A stretch of 63,862 nt of DNA, the filler included, from an uncultured Methanosarcinales archaeon (GTDB lineage Archaea > Nanobdellota > Nanobdellia > Woesearchaeales > CAZXZL01), in assembly GCA_964645415.1 (NCBI GenBank). It is 4 parts of 4 records of this genome, joined end to end, with 100 filler letters (N's around TTAATTAATTAA, not from the genome) between each part and the next. Parts side by side here need not be neighbours in the genome. Positions count along the whole stretch, not along the records: positions 34,883 to 61,131 come from CAZXZL010000009.1; positions 61,232 to 63,862 come from CAZXZL010000066.1; 2 more parts are not named here. One strand, written 5' to 3'. Positions 53,501 through 63,862 of the stretch are shown here, piece after piece. The position numbers and the translations under genes are program-made. Below the pieces are notes generated by a model that saw only the letters and a list, made by a program, of their open reading frames with translations, had not been told where the DNA came from and did no database searches. The stretch's first letter is position 1, and each line of letters starts with the position of its first letter.

Positions 53501-56114
53501 ATAATTTAAAATCAACATCTGAAGAACCAGGATTATTATGAGAAAAATTAATAATTGTTTCTTTATTAGAATAATTAAAATACCAACCTAAAGAACTATT
53601 TAAATTAACAGTAGGTTCTATTTTATTAATAGAAATATTTAGTTTTTCTTTATCAGTATCACAGTAATCTCCTGAATAAGAAAAATTTAAAGAATAATCA
53701 CCAACTGAAAGATTTTCTTTTACGATTAAATAACCTGTTTCATTAATTGAAAAATTTTCATTATTAATTTCCCAATTTTCGATATTACCACAAAAATAAT
53801 CATTCAAATTAATATTACCAGATGAAAGATAAAGAATATCAAAATTATTTATCCCAAATGAAAAATTTCCCTTTTTAACATAATTAATACTATCATTTAA
53901 ATAAAAAATAAGATTGTAAGAACCTGATTCAAATGATGAAGTATTTTTAAAATTAATAGACCAATTGTTTTCAGAGACATTTGGTTTTAGGTAATATTTT
54001 GATTTTATAAAATCAGATCCATTCCAATAATAATTATTTGGTGAGATTAATTTAAGATAAAAAGAATCTAATTCAGTTTTATTTGAAAAGTTACCATAAA
54101 AAGAATTAGGAAAATCATCAACAGAATAAACTGAATTATTAATATATTGATTAAAGTTAAATTCAATTGAAGAATTATAATACATAAAAGAGTGATTTAA
54201 TAATATTTCATCATAACGATCATAAATTTGAAAAGAGTACTTCTCACCTGATTCAAACTTAATATCACTCATATTATATTTCCATAAGTTTTCATTAGTA
54301 TCTAAAGATAAATTTTGTTGATTACTAACCCATTTTGAACTATTCCAATAATTGCTTTGATTATCTCTTAGAGTAATCTTCAAATCTGTTTCTGGATAAA
54401 TATAACCAGATAATAAAAGATCAGAGTAAGGACCAAAACTTTTCTGATCTGTTTCTAATGAAAAATTATAATTCTCTAAAGCTAATAATGTTTTTATATC
54501 TAAAATAGGGTATTCAATATCATTCTCTTCTACGGTATTATTTGTTCTTGAAAAATCATTTAAAAAAGAATCAAAATCATAATTTAGATCATATTCATTA
54601 GTATATTCATAATATAAAGCTAAAGCACCAGCCACATGAGGTGTTGCCATAGATGTTCCACTTGATGTGACAAAGCTATTTTCTGGGAATGTAGAAAGTA
54701 TTCTATGTCCATAAGCCATTGTGTCTAAATATTTATTTCTATTACTTTCAGCTATTTTATTAGATTTATCAACAGACCCTACTGAGAGAACTGAAGGTAA
54801 ACAAGCAGGAGATACTAAAGAAGTATCACTTTCATCATTCCCACTTGCAGCAGTAACAATTATTCCATTTTCCTTAGCATTATTTATAGAACTACTTAAA
54901 TAAAAATCATTACAATCTTCTTCGCTTTCAAAGGTACTATCACTACCTAAACTCATTGAGATAACTTTAATGTTATATTTTTCTGATTTTTCTACACAGT
55001 AATCAATCCCTTTTTTAATATCACCAAAATTCCCCTTTCCTTCATCATCTAAAACTTTTACTGGGATAATATGTGATTCTGGAGCAATACCATAATATTC
55101 TGAACCCTTAGCAGAAACAATCCCTGATACATGAGTACCATGACCATCTTTATCAATAGGATTATTATTACCATCAGCAAAATTCCAACCGCCTAAAATT
55201 TTATCACAAGACTCATAATAATTATAATATGTATATGAAGATAATTTCAAAGACTGGTTATAGTTTTCAAAATCATCAGATCCAATATATATCTCAAGGT
55301 AATCTAAAGAAATATTTCCTGTTGAATAATTTGAAAAAGAATCTATATCTTCTATTAAAAGTTCTTCATTTCCTTCTGAATCATAAATAGATAAATAATC
55401 ATTAGAAGATAAATTAATATTTTTAAAATTTAGAGAGAGATATTTAGATCCAGATTCATTAATTTTGGTGAATTTTTTTTCATTTGATGACTCTTCATCA
55501 CCTTTTTCACTTAAAAAAAACTTATTTGTATTAACATTTGTTTTATTAATACTATAAAGTTCATCACAACCACCAAGATGAGAATGAGTATAATCAACAC
55601 CTGTATCAAGAACACAAACTCCAACATCTTCACCTGTAAAACCCCAATCCCATGCTGTTGAAGCTTTCGTTAAATCAGTAGTTTCATCAATAGCAATTTT
55701 TGCTTTAGGTACAGGCTCTATTTTTTTTACAATATTGAGAGAATTAAGCATATTTCTTTCAGAACTATCAAGTTCAGCTGAAAAAAAGTTCTCTTCAGGA
55801 AATTTATTTTTTACTTCTGAATATTCAAGTTTTTCAATTAAATAATTAAAAGTTCTTCTACGAAGATGATTTACCTCAGATGAATTATAACTTTTTACTT
55901 TTTCAGACCAACTATTAACTTGAGAGGGTTCTTTTAAATAAACAAATTCACGATTATTCTTAATACTTTGTTGATGACTCATAACTGAAAAAGAATCTGA
56001 TACTGATTCAACTTCTAAATCATAACCTGGTAAATTCATTGAATAGATTAATAGAGAATTGAATAATATAATAATTGAGATTAATAAAATAAATTTCAAT
56101 AATTTAGGGGCCAT
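50529..56114 (-). CDS. Large surface S8 subtilase with Ig-like stalk and C-terminal TM
   Basis: VLDTG, HGTHVSG, AASGN, GTSMATPHVAG; signal peptide; C-terminal TM. Confidence 0.9.
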   Translation of the reverse strand: MAPKLLKFILLISIIILFNSLLIYSMNLPGYDLEVESVSDSFSVMSHQQSIKNNREFVYLKEPSQVNSWSEKVKSYNSSEVNHLRRRTFNYLIEKLEYSEVKNKFPEENFFSAELDSSERNMLNSLNIVKKIEPVPKAKIAIDETTDLTKASTAWDWGFTGEDVGVCVLDTGVDYTHSHLGGCDELYSINKTNVNTNKFFLSEKGDEESSNEKKFTKINESGSKYLSLNFKNINLSSNDYLSIYDSEGNEELLIEDIDSFSNYSTGNISLDYLEIYIGSDDFENYNQSLKLSSYTYYNYYESCDKILGGWNFADGNNNPIDKDGHGTHVSGIVSAKGSEYYGIAPESHIIPVKVLDDEGKGNFGDIKKGIDYCVEKSEKYNIKVISMSLGSDSTFESEEDCNDFYLSSSINNAKENGIIVTAASGNDESDTSLVSPACLPSVLSVGSVDKSNKIAESNRNKYLDTMAYGHRILSTFPENSFVTSSGTSMATPHVAGALALYYEYTNEYDLNYDFDSFLNDFSRTNNTVEENDIEYPILDIKTLLALENYNFSLETDQKSFGPYSDLLLSGYIYPETDLKITLRDNQSNYWNSSKWVSNQQNLSLDTNENLWKYNMSDIKFESGEKYSFQIYDRYDEILLNHSFMYYNSSIEFNFNQYINNSVYSVDDFPNSFYGNFSNKTELDSFYLKLISPNNYYWNGSDFIKSKYYLKPNVSENNWSINFKNTSSFESGSYNLIFYLNDSINYVKKGNFSFGINNFDILYLSSGNINLNDYFCGNIENWEINNENFSINETGYLIVKENLSVGDYSLNFSYSGDYCDTDKEKLNISINKIEPTVNLNSSLGWYFNYSNKETIINFSHNNPGSSDVDFKLWRDGEYVGVEDNIKDVGNYQYILNTSGGENYSSSSILVSNELKILTSKPKINLSLKNFSNGEYVNFGDSFLIKSNLSKGEFGYFDLLIDYNNSYNSDKLVQSNPTNISYNYTFNNTLGNLSIISRFYNSSNYKSKNVSLNLSVLDKEAPKFKNIPESFNLTYGGDFPEINFNATDNVEIDEFSVNDSERFLISDKGKLTNKTKLDVDNYSLNISVNDSSGNKNSTIFNFKITKSQSNVELTIYNNSKNYSYGSKINLSGNIIKGDISSMELLLFDTSLSNFNNSNFNYSLNLTNVGKKNLTLFYSGSNNFYSSNDTKTIEVIDEKPPRVNDVSVNLPTIYNKSNNYSFEIKLYDPNGINKSKLFLKNHSSNEFKSFNLYRENNVFNYSLSNLSYGNYSYYFWAEDSKGNSGKITSISNFNILKNLSEGEDIINHSKYKVSNQTSSLFYTDLSKIKMINTSNNKVRFNILNNLVNNELYLKNEMIMNHKDNHSIFFPENLTLTFNDHFDGNFYLPYSDKDFEHQGKKIGENIFIGSNLSGVQFDKPVRINLSGESEKNVALKNNNSKVVNINKSCKDINDPSNINYKTNKTCFFDDGNDLILWTYRFSTFFSYNEVIDGKCSDKDGLQYGYDVDEWDENDFCDSGELDPVYPSFPDKGDSVTWECIGEYGGETSKCSVSREKEPESDEESDDVSDDGESDLGSSSVPDESELYEESDDGNEDEDDELEYYSSPIRSDIRTTSLVKGKNSLEMLDDFIIQKVEFNSSSNIDDFYFELHEFKEKPLKIIDYESNNKSKYNSPFYFHLTSNYSDYIKSGINIKLKLDIDNKENNFNVYLKEFSEDNMMDKYKMDYLFKDDHYIYFHESLPHFGYYQIILKEKDVTDSKKDKIYDNRIKIFQNTTSSNINHSGVIYDEMVDMYENDNFDSRSILSRRVFDIIFLILLIFIYLMLYKIYKLKTEDTDQFYINTDENQGFYPENIELTELSDESELN

Positions 56115-56218
56115 TTTATAATTATTTAAACAAAGAAATAGTTTATAAAACTTTACATATATAGACTAAATAAAAAGATTTAGAAAAATAACAAGAAGTT
56201 AAAAATATTTTTTATCTT

Positions 56219-58147
56219 TTAATGTGGAGTGTAAAAAATTTTCCTTAAAATAATAATAAATAACATTACTGCTAATAAAAACAATAAAAAATCAAGATAA
56301 CTAAATCGACCATCAGTTCTGATTATGACTTCTTGGGCTGTTTTAGGTCGGCCTTGTGAAATATCAAATGGGTCTAAATCAGTAATAAAAGTTGAACTAT
56401 CTAAATGTAAAGTTTCATATGAGTTTAAAATATTATAATTAACTCCTCTCTCATAAATTGATTTTTTCGAGTTAGATAAGGAAGATAAAAATAAGTTCTG
56501 AGTAGAATCAAAACCTAACTGATTTAACCTTTGAGTATATAAAGCAGCAACTGCAGCAACATAAGGAGTAGACATAGAAGTACCTGAATTTATTTCAAAA
56601 GTATCATCAAGACCAGTAGATAAGATATTTCTTCCAGGTGCTAAAATATCAACCATCCAATTTCTATTAGAAAAATCAGAGATAGTATTAATGTTATCAA
56701 ATGAGCCTACAGATATCGTATTAGATAAACAAGCAGGAAAAGAAATTCTATTTAAATTCCCATCGTTACCTGATGCAGACACAACAATCATATTATTAGA
56801 AATTGCTTTATTAATGATATCTTTAAAATACCTATTCACACCTTTATTATCACACCAATTCTCAAATAAATCATCGGTTCCAAGACTCATTGTTATTACT
56901 TCAATGTTATATTCATCACGGTTTTCAATACAATATTTTAAACCAGAATAAATACTTGAAGCATGACCTTGACCATCATCATCTAAAACTTTTACAGGGA
57001 TAATATGTGTCCCTGGAGCAATTCCATCAACAAGACCTACAGCAGAAACAATTCCTGATACATGAGTTCCATGACCATCAAAATCTATTATTTTGTCATT
57101 ATTATCAATAAAGTTCCAACCACCACTTATTTTATTACAGTTATCTTGAAATGAATATAAATTTACTCCAGAAATATCAAAGTTAAAAGAATTTATATCA
57201 GTTAATCCATATAACTTAATTTTAACATTATTAGTATCAATATTCCCTGTTGAAATATTTTTATGATCCTTAGAAATCCCATAAACCTCTTCGTTTTGTT
57301 CATTCCTTATCGAGATATAACCTTCAGATAAATTTAGATTTGAAAAATTAATTGATATAGAATCATAATTAGGAAATTCTAATGAAACTAGTTTCTCACC
57401 ATCTGAAGACAGATTAATTTTTTCAAAAGTTAAATTTAATGACTCATAATCTCTTCTTATAATATCTTCATTAATACATGAACCAAAGCTAGGATGTTTA
57501 TAATTTATACCAGTATCTAAAACACAAACTCCTACTCCTCTACCATCAAAACCTTTCTGTCTTACTGGAGTCAAGTTTATCATATCTTTTGTTCTTAAAA
57601 GTTGTTTAGAAATTTCAAGATCATAATGAATTGAGTCAATTAAATTATATGATTTTAAAAAGAAAATATCTTCATTAGAAAAATTACCTGAGATTAAAAA
57701 TGTATCCTGAATAAAATTATTCTGTTCAATTTCTTCACTAAGAAAATCCCTAGAAAACATTAATATTCTATTCTTTAATTCATTTAAACATTTATTTTCA
57801 GGAATTTCTTGACTATTAAATATATCATCTACTGAATTAATTTCAATCATAAGTTTTTTAGAATCATAATCTTCTTTTATTTCAACTGAATCATTATGTT
57901 CTAATTTTAAATCATATCCGGGTAATTTTAAGTCAGTTAAGTTATTCAGGTTACTATTAAAATCATTACTTTTAAAGTTAAAGTCCTCTTTTAGAGAATT
58001 ATTTTGTAGAGAATTACTTTCATAATGATTTATATTATAATTAGAATTACTTTTAAAATTTGCAAAAGAACTTAAACTAAAAATACTAAATAAGAACAAT
58101 AAAATTAAAATCAAGAATAATTTATTTTTCATCTGTATACTTAGCAC
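56219..58147 (-). CDS. Membrane-anchored S8 subtilase (paralog of 50529-56114)
   Basis: VLDTG, HGTHVSG, SASGN, GTSMSTP; shared LPGYDL segment; C-terminal TM. Confidence 0.9.
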   Translation of the reverse strand: MLSIQMKNKLFLILILLFLFSIFSLSSFANFKSNSNYNINHYESNSLQNNSLKEDFNFKSNDFNSNLNNLTDLKLPGYDLKLEHNDSVEIKEDYDSKKLMIEINSVDDIFNSQEIPENKCLNELKNRILMFSRDFLSEEIEQNNFIQDTFLISGNFSNEDIFFLKSYNLIDSIHYDLEISKQLLRTKDMINLTPVRQKGFDGRGVGVCVLDTGINYKHPSFGSCINEDIIRRDYESLNLTFEKINLSSDGEKLVSLEFPNYDSISINFSNLNLSEGYISIRNEQNEEVYGISKDHKNISTGNIDTNNVKIKLYGLTDINSFNFDISGVNLYSFQDNCNKISGGWNFIDNNDKIIDFDGHGTHVSGIVSAVGLVDGIAPGTHIIPVKVLDDDGQGHASSIYSGLKYCIENRDEYNIEVITMSLGTDDLFENWCDNKGVNRYFKDIINKAISNNMIVVSASGNDGNLNRISFPACLSNTISVGSFDNINTISDFSNRNWMVDILAPGRNILSTGLDDTFEINSGTSMSTPYVAAVAALYTQRLNQLGFDSTQNLFLSSLSNSKKSIYERGVNYNILNSYETLHLDSSTFITDLDPFDISQGRPKTAQEVIIRTDGRFSYLDFLLFLLAVMLFIIILRKIFYTPH

Positions 58148-58381
58148 AAAATGTATTTTTATAAATTTTATTAAAATGAATAATCTAAATAGAATTTTAA
58201 TAAAACTAATATCTCTAACTTAAATTTTAATCATAATAATAATAATGATATAGTTTAATTTTAATAAGAATAAAAGAAATTTGATAGTAACATATTTAAG
58301 AACAGAAGTAATTTATAAAATAAAAATATTTAATAATTAAAGAATAGAGAATTTATTAATAGTATTATAATTGAAATAAAA

Positions 58382-59218
58382 ATGGTATCAAAAAAAAAGA
58401 GAAAAAAAGAAAATTTTGTATTAAATATTTTTATAAGTGTTTTAGTAATTATAGCTATTTTTTTAAGTATGGTTTATTTCTTACAAGATGATGCGATATT
58501 TGTTAAACAACCAATAAGTGACCAAAGAGTTAGAAACTTGAGATTAGATCCAAATGTTGATGAGATAAATATTTCTATTAATGAAAAAACTAATTTACAT
58601 GGATGGTTATTAAATAATTCTGAAACAAAAAGAACTATTATATACTTTGGTGGAAATGCTGAAGAAGTATCCTGGATAATTGACAGAAGAGATGAATTTA
58701 AAAATTGGGATGTTTTAGCTATAAATTATAGAGGTTATGGTCTTAGTAATGGGAATCCAACAGAGAAAAATCTTTATAAAGATTCATTAAAAATTTATGA
58801 TGAAATAATAAAAGATAGAAAAGAAGAAAATGAAGTTATTATAAAAGGTAGAAGTATTGGTACAGGTGTTTCAACTTACTTAGCAGGAAAAAGAGAACAT
58901 GATGGTATTATTTTGGTGTCTCCTTTTGACAATTTACACTCTGTTGTTCAAGAAACTATTCCTGTTCCAAGAATTACAGAACTAATAAGACATAAATTTA
59001 ATTCAATAGATAACTCAAAAAACGTTACTACACCTTTATTAATGATTATTTCAGAAGATGACGAGATAGTACCTAATCATTTATCGAAAAGATTTTATGA
59101 TTCTTGGGAAGGAGAAAGAGAAAAGACAGAAATAAGTGGATTTGATCATAATGAAATGCATTTAGATGATAAATACTGGAACGATATTTCTAATTTTATA
59201 AAAAAAATAATTGAATAA
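58382..59218 (+). CDS. Alpha/beta hydrolase (ABHD13-like), N-terminal TM
   Basis: YFGGNAE, NYRGYGLS.G.P, GRSIG, DEIVP, DHN. Confidence 0.88.
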   Translation: MVSKKKRKKENFVLNIFISVLVIIAIFLSMVYFLQDDAIFVKQPISDQRVRNLRLDPNVDEINISINEKTNLHGWLLNNSETKRTIIYFGGNAEEVSWIIDRRDEFKNWDVLAINYRGYGLSNGNPTEKNLYKDSLKIYDEIIKDRKEENEVIIKGRSIGTGVSTYLAGKREHDGIILVSPFDNLHSVVQETIPVPRITELIRHKFNSIDNSKNVTTPLLMIISEDDEIVPNHLSKRFYDSWEGEREKTEISGFDHNEMHLDDKYWNDISNFIKKIIE

Positions 59219-59335
59219 GTTAAATAAAATACTATTTTAATATAATAGAATATAGAGATTTATCTTTTCAAAAATAAAGAAAGAAGTTAAATAGTTTAAT
59301 ATATTAAAAAATAAAATAAGATAAGTAAGAACTGG

Positions 59336-59767
59336 ATGATAAAGATGGATTACGATGATATCTCTTATAAAGGACTTGTGAAAAGATTAATTAAAAATGA
59401 TAGAAAGTTAGGAATTTATTATAATAATATGTTTAATGCATATTTCAGTAAAGGCTTATCTGATTATTATGAAAATGTGGAAACATTAGATTCAAGTATT
59501 AATAATTTTATTGAGACTGAAACTAAAAATAAATTTCCTAATTTATATAAATCATTAATGAACTTAAAGAAGGACTCTGGAGTAGGTGAATTTTTTAAGG
59601 TTGAGAATTTTTTAATAGAAAATATTATTGATATATGTATGATTTCTTTAGAAAATAATTTACATGAAATATATAAAGAATATAATGGAATAGAAAAAAT
59701 GAGTAATAGAATAAAAAAAGCATATTATAAAAATGAAAAAGTAATTGATTATGATTTATATTCCTAA
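59336..59767 (+). CDS. Hypothetical protein
   Basis: 143-aa ORF with typical composition; no motif recognised. Confidence 0.5.
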   Translation: MIKMDYDDISYKGLVKRLIKNDRKLGIYYNNMFNAYFSKGLSDYYENVETLDSSINNFIETETKNKFPNLYKSLMNLKKDSGVGEFFKVENFLIENIIDICMISLENNLHEIYKEYNGIEKMSNRIKKAYYKNEKVIDYDLYS

Positions 59768-60760
59768 TAAAATATATGCTGATAAGAAATAAACAACTAA
59801 CGCAGTAATATCTTTTACAGTTGTTATTAATGGATCTGATACTGCAGCAGGATCATACCCTAATTTTTTTGCTGCCCAGGGAATAAAAAAACCAACTAAT
59901 GAAGCAATAAAACAAGTAACAGTCATTGAAACAATCAATACGATACTAATAATTGGCTCTGAATGTCTAAAATAAGAAAATATAGCTGATAATAAACCAA
60001 CAATTAATCCAATTATTAAACCAACTGAAGATTCTTTTAATATTCTGAATAATATATTTTTTTCACTTATTTGACCTAATGTGACACCTCTTACAAAAAT
60101 AGTTGAAGATTGAGTTCCAATATTTCCCCCCATATCCATAATTACAGGTATAAAAAAGGCTAGAGCAATTACTGTTTTCAAAGATTCTTCAAATACATGA
60201 ATAACTTCTCCAGCTAATAATCCTCCTATTAAAGCAACAATCAGCCATGGTAATCGAATTTTAATAATATCGAATATTGAAGAGTTTAAAATCATATTAC
60301 TTCTTGAAATTTGATTAGGCGAAATATCAACTTGAAAACCTGCTTTTTTAAATATATCTTCTGATGCTTCATCTTCTAATATTTCTAACATATCATCAAG
60401 ACGAATTATTCCAATCATTTCGTTTTTTGAATCAATAACAGGAAAAGCTTGGTAATCATATTTTGCCATTTTTCTAGCTACTGATTCTATACTCTCATTT
60501 GGTGAAACACTAACTATTTCTTTAGAAGAAAAATCTAATACATCCATTTCGTTTTTTGAAAATAATAAGTCCTTTACAGAAATAATTCCCTCTAGTTTAT
60601 TATTCTCTAAAATATAAACATAATAAATTGATGGTTTATCAGAATATCCTTTAAATTCCTTAAATGCTTCAAATGTTTCTTTAACAGATGATCCTTTTTC
60701 TACCGAAGGAAATTCTTCTTTTAATAAATCACTAACTAATATTTTTTTATTTGATGACAT
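59756..60760 (-). CDS. mgtE: Magnesium transporter MgtE (CBS pair + TM domain, no N domain)
   Basis: CBS pair, RLPWL, FIPVIMDMGGNIGTQ, DPA..S.PLITT..D. Confidence 0.93.
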   Translation of the reverse strand: MSSNKKILVSDLLKEEFPSVEKGSSVKETFEAFKEFKGYSDKPSIYYVYILENNKLEGIISVKDLLFSKNEMDVLDFSSKEIVSVSPNESIESVARKMAKYDYQAFPVIDSKNEMIGIIRLDDMLEILEDEASEDIFKKAGFQVDISPNQISRSNMILNSSIFDIIKIRLPWLIVALIGGLLAGEVIHVFEESLKTVIALAFFIPVIMDMGGNIGTQSSTIFVRGVTLGQISEKNILFRILKESSVGLIIGLIVGLLSAIFSYFRHSEPIISIVLIVSMTVTCFIASLVGFFIPWAAKKLGYDPAAVSDPLITTVKDITALVVYFLSAYILLGI

Positions 60761-60810
60761 CTACATTAAAATTGAAAGTTATAATATTTATTTCTTTTTA
60801 TTTCTATTAG

Positions 60811-61131
60811 CATCTTTTTTTTAGATGATTTGCTCTCAATCTTTATCAAGATTGACCAGGATAGTACCATTCTAACGAATGGCACGTTAGTTCCCATATT
60901 ATTCTATTTGTTTCTATTTTTATTTTTATAAGCTCCTATTTCTTTTTTTTTAGATGATTTTGATTTCTAATTTCTTTAGCTAAAGACGAATACATACTGC
61001 ACACTTAAACGAATACATACACTTTAGCTAAAACGAATAAATATTACTAAACTAAAGTTTAGAACTGTTAAATTAGAAATTTAAAAGTAAATAAAATCAG
61101 AGATTTTAAAACAGTTAAATTGAAAATTTAA
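60811..61131 (-). repeat. Dispersed repeat, full copy (inverted relative to 34883-35113), at contig end
   Basis: rc reads TATGTATTCGTCTTTAGCTAAAG..AAAATCATCTAA..GCTTATAAAAA..ATGGGAACTAAC-GTGCCATTC-gtta-GAATGGTAC-TATCCTGGT-CAATCTT-gata-AAGATTG; ACGAATA(C/A)ATA repeated three times. Confidence 0.85.
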
Positions 61132-61231
61132 NNNNNNNNNNNNNNNNNNNNNNNNNNNNNNNNNNNNNNNNNNNNTTAATTAATTAANNNNNNNNNNNNN
61201 NNNNNNNNNNNNNNNNNNNNNNNNNNNNNNN
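61132..61231. other. Artificial contig linker
   Basis: N44-TTAATTAATTAA-N44. Confidence 0.97.
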
Positions 61232-61290
61232 CTAAAGAGAAAATCTACGTTTAATCTTCTTCGAAGTTAGTCCATCAAAATCATCTTTTG
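61232..61290 (+). repeat. Dispersed repeat fragment at contig start
   Basis: CTAAAG..AATCTAC..TCTTCTTCGAA..TCCATCAAAATCATCT, collinear with 16966-17020. Confidence 0.75.
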
Positions 61291-61545
61291 TTGTTTTGTC
61301 GAAATTTTATAATTTTTTTGTAATTTTTTATAAGTTTTTATTTTATATAGGTAAAAATCCGCAGATTTTTTACTTTGATATGTTTTTAATATAGTATAAA
61401 ATTTCTCTTAGTACTGTATATTATGTTTAAAATTATTTTACTGTAACAAAAAATTTTGAAAAATAGAAAAAAATGTATAATAAAAATCTGTTGTCTTTAC
61501 TAAATTAATATAAAATATTAAAAATAAAAAAAATAAATAATTAAT

Positions 61546-61893
61546 ATGGATTTCAAAAAAATCATGGATGATGTTGCAAAAAGTCAAGATAAAAATGATG
61601 ATTACATCGATGAAGAAGAGTTTAAAAAAATAGTTAAAAAAAGAGAGATGGAAAAGAAGGCTTATAGGTACTTAAATCTTGAACTAAATATACTATATTC
61701 TCTAATCTCTTTACTTGAGGAAAAAGGGATAATCACTGAAGATGAACTTGATGAAAAACTACTTGAATTAGATCCAGAAACCTATGAAAAAGTTCTAAAA
61801 AGAAAAAAATTATTCAAACTTAAAAATAAAAAAAGAAAAACAAAAGAAGAGCCTTCTCATTCTGATAATGATGAAAGTTCAAATAGTGATTAA
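61546..61893 (+). CDS. Hypothetical protein
   Basis: LISLLEEKGIITEDE helical motif; highly charged. Confidence 0.6.
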   Translation: MDFKKIMDDVAKSQDKNDDYIDEEEFKKIVKKREMEKKAYRYLNLELNILYSLISLLEEKGIITEDELDEKLLELDPETYEKVLKRKKLFKLKNKKRKTKEEPSHSDNDESSNSD

Positions 61894-62085
61894 TTATTTA
61901 TTTTGCTTATATTACTTATTTTAATAGTTTTAAGTGTGTTTCAATAAAATGATTGTAAATGTTATGAAAAACATGATTTTTTTTGAATATATTTTGTTGA
62001 CTATAAAAGTTTATATAGTATTTTTTCAATTAATAGTATATAGTTGATTAAGGGGTTTAATTATTTTTAGTCCGGGGGGATTAAT

Positions 62086-62658
62086 TTGACGATATTAAAA
62101 GGAATAGTAAATACAATAAAGGGTTTTTTTGAAAGTGATTGTAGTTCTAATGTTTCAGAACAAAAATTAATTAATTCTTTTGAACAAGTAAAAGACGAGT
62201 TCGAAGAACATTTGTATGCAATTAATGAAAATACTTCTGAAATTCAATATAACTATTCAAGGTTATATGATATTGAAAATAAAATAGAGCATGTTAATGA
62301 AAAAATTGAGTATCTTACAAATTTAATCTTAGAAGGAAATAATAGAAGCTACTATGATAATAATTTTTCTTCACTTACTAAAAATAGTTCTAGTATTGAT
62401 TTAAACCTAAGAGAACAAGAGATATTTGCTTTTTTATATGTTAAAAATGAACCAATTAATATATCTTTAATTTCTGAAAAAACTGGGTTAAGAGATGAAA
62501 TAATTAGAGGTTATATTGACTCAATGCAGAAAAAAGGTGTTAAAATCAATTTTAATCAATCTGAAATTGAAATTGATGATGAATTTAAAAGGATCCATAC
62601 AAAAAATCAAATTGTTAAACTTAGTCCTGAAGTTCTAAATAATACTGCAATGATTTAA
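62086..62658 (+). CDS. Coiled-coil + winged-helix protein
   Basis: TTG start after GGGGGGA RBS; coiled coil, then LNLREQEIFAFL..ISEKTGL..IIRGYIDSMQKKGV. Confidence 0.7.
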   Translation: MTILKGIVNTIKGFFESDCSSNVSEQKLINSFEQVKDEFEEHLYAINENTSEIQYNYSRLYDIENKIEHVNEKIEYLTNLILEGNNRSYYDNNFSSLTKNSSSIDLNLREQEIFAFLYVKNEPINISLISEKTGLRDEIIRGYIDSMQKKGVKINFNQSEIEIDDEFKRIHTKNQIVKLSPEVLNNTAMI

Positions 62659-62724
62659 AATTTTATTTTTTATTTTTTTAATTTTTATTCATTACATTTA
62701 TATATCTAGCTAAAATCAATTATA

Positions 62725-63862
<1,138 letters not shown>

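Noticed and set aside
60966..61050. ACGAATACATA tandem repeats as a CRISPR array
   Set aside because: Units and spacers are too short and irregular, there are only three copies, and no cas genes are present

Overview
Very AT-rich archaeal DNA, most consistent with a DPANN lineage (Woesearchaeota-like). This rests on archaeal ribosomal and RNA-polymerase genes, a fused PriS-PriL primase, GGTG-type ribosome-binding sites and TTTATAAA/TTTAAATA TATA boxes. The window is four contigs joined by artificial N44-TTAATTAATTAA-N44 linkers (4024-4123, 34783-34882, 61132-61231), with two more 100-N scaffold gaps inside genes, so gene adjacency across linkers means nothing. Content: asnS, glucan phosphorylase, a Cu-ATPase pair, gyrB, secDF, rimK/rimB-like genes, primase, two tRNAs, rpoE'/spt4/rps24e/rps27ae, rps12/rps7, rpl10e, regulators, several giant surface proteins, two subtilases, mgtE and a NOG1 GTPase. 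Best candidates for something new: (1) an operon joining lipoylation enzymes and an H-protein-like lipoyl carrier to a single-cysteine CoADR/Nox-type flavoprotein and a thioredoxin-CcdA membrane protein, under a membrane-anchored CxC winged-helix regulator, which may be a lipoate-based transmembrane reducing relay; (2) a dispersed modular non-coding repeat with a TATA-like box and a covarying double hairpin; (3) a RimK-AbrB fusion paired with a RimB-like protease; (4) an apparently catalytically dead RlmD/TrmA-like Fe-S protein. All family assignments come from motif recognition by eye, not database searches.
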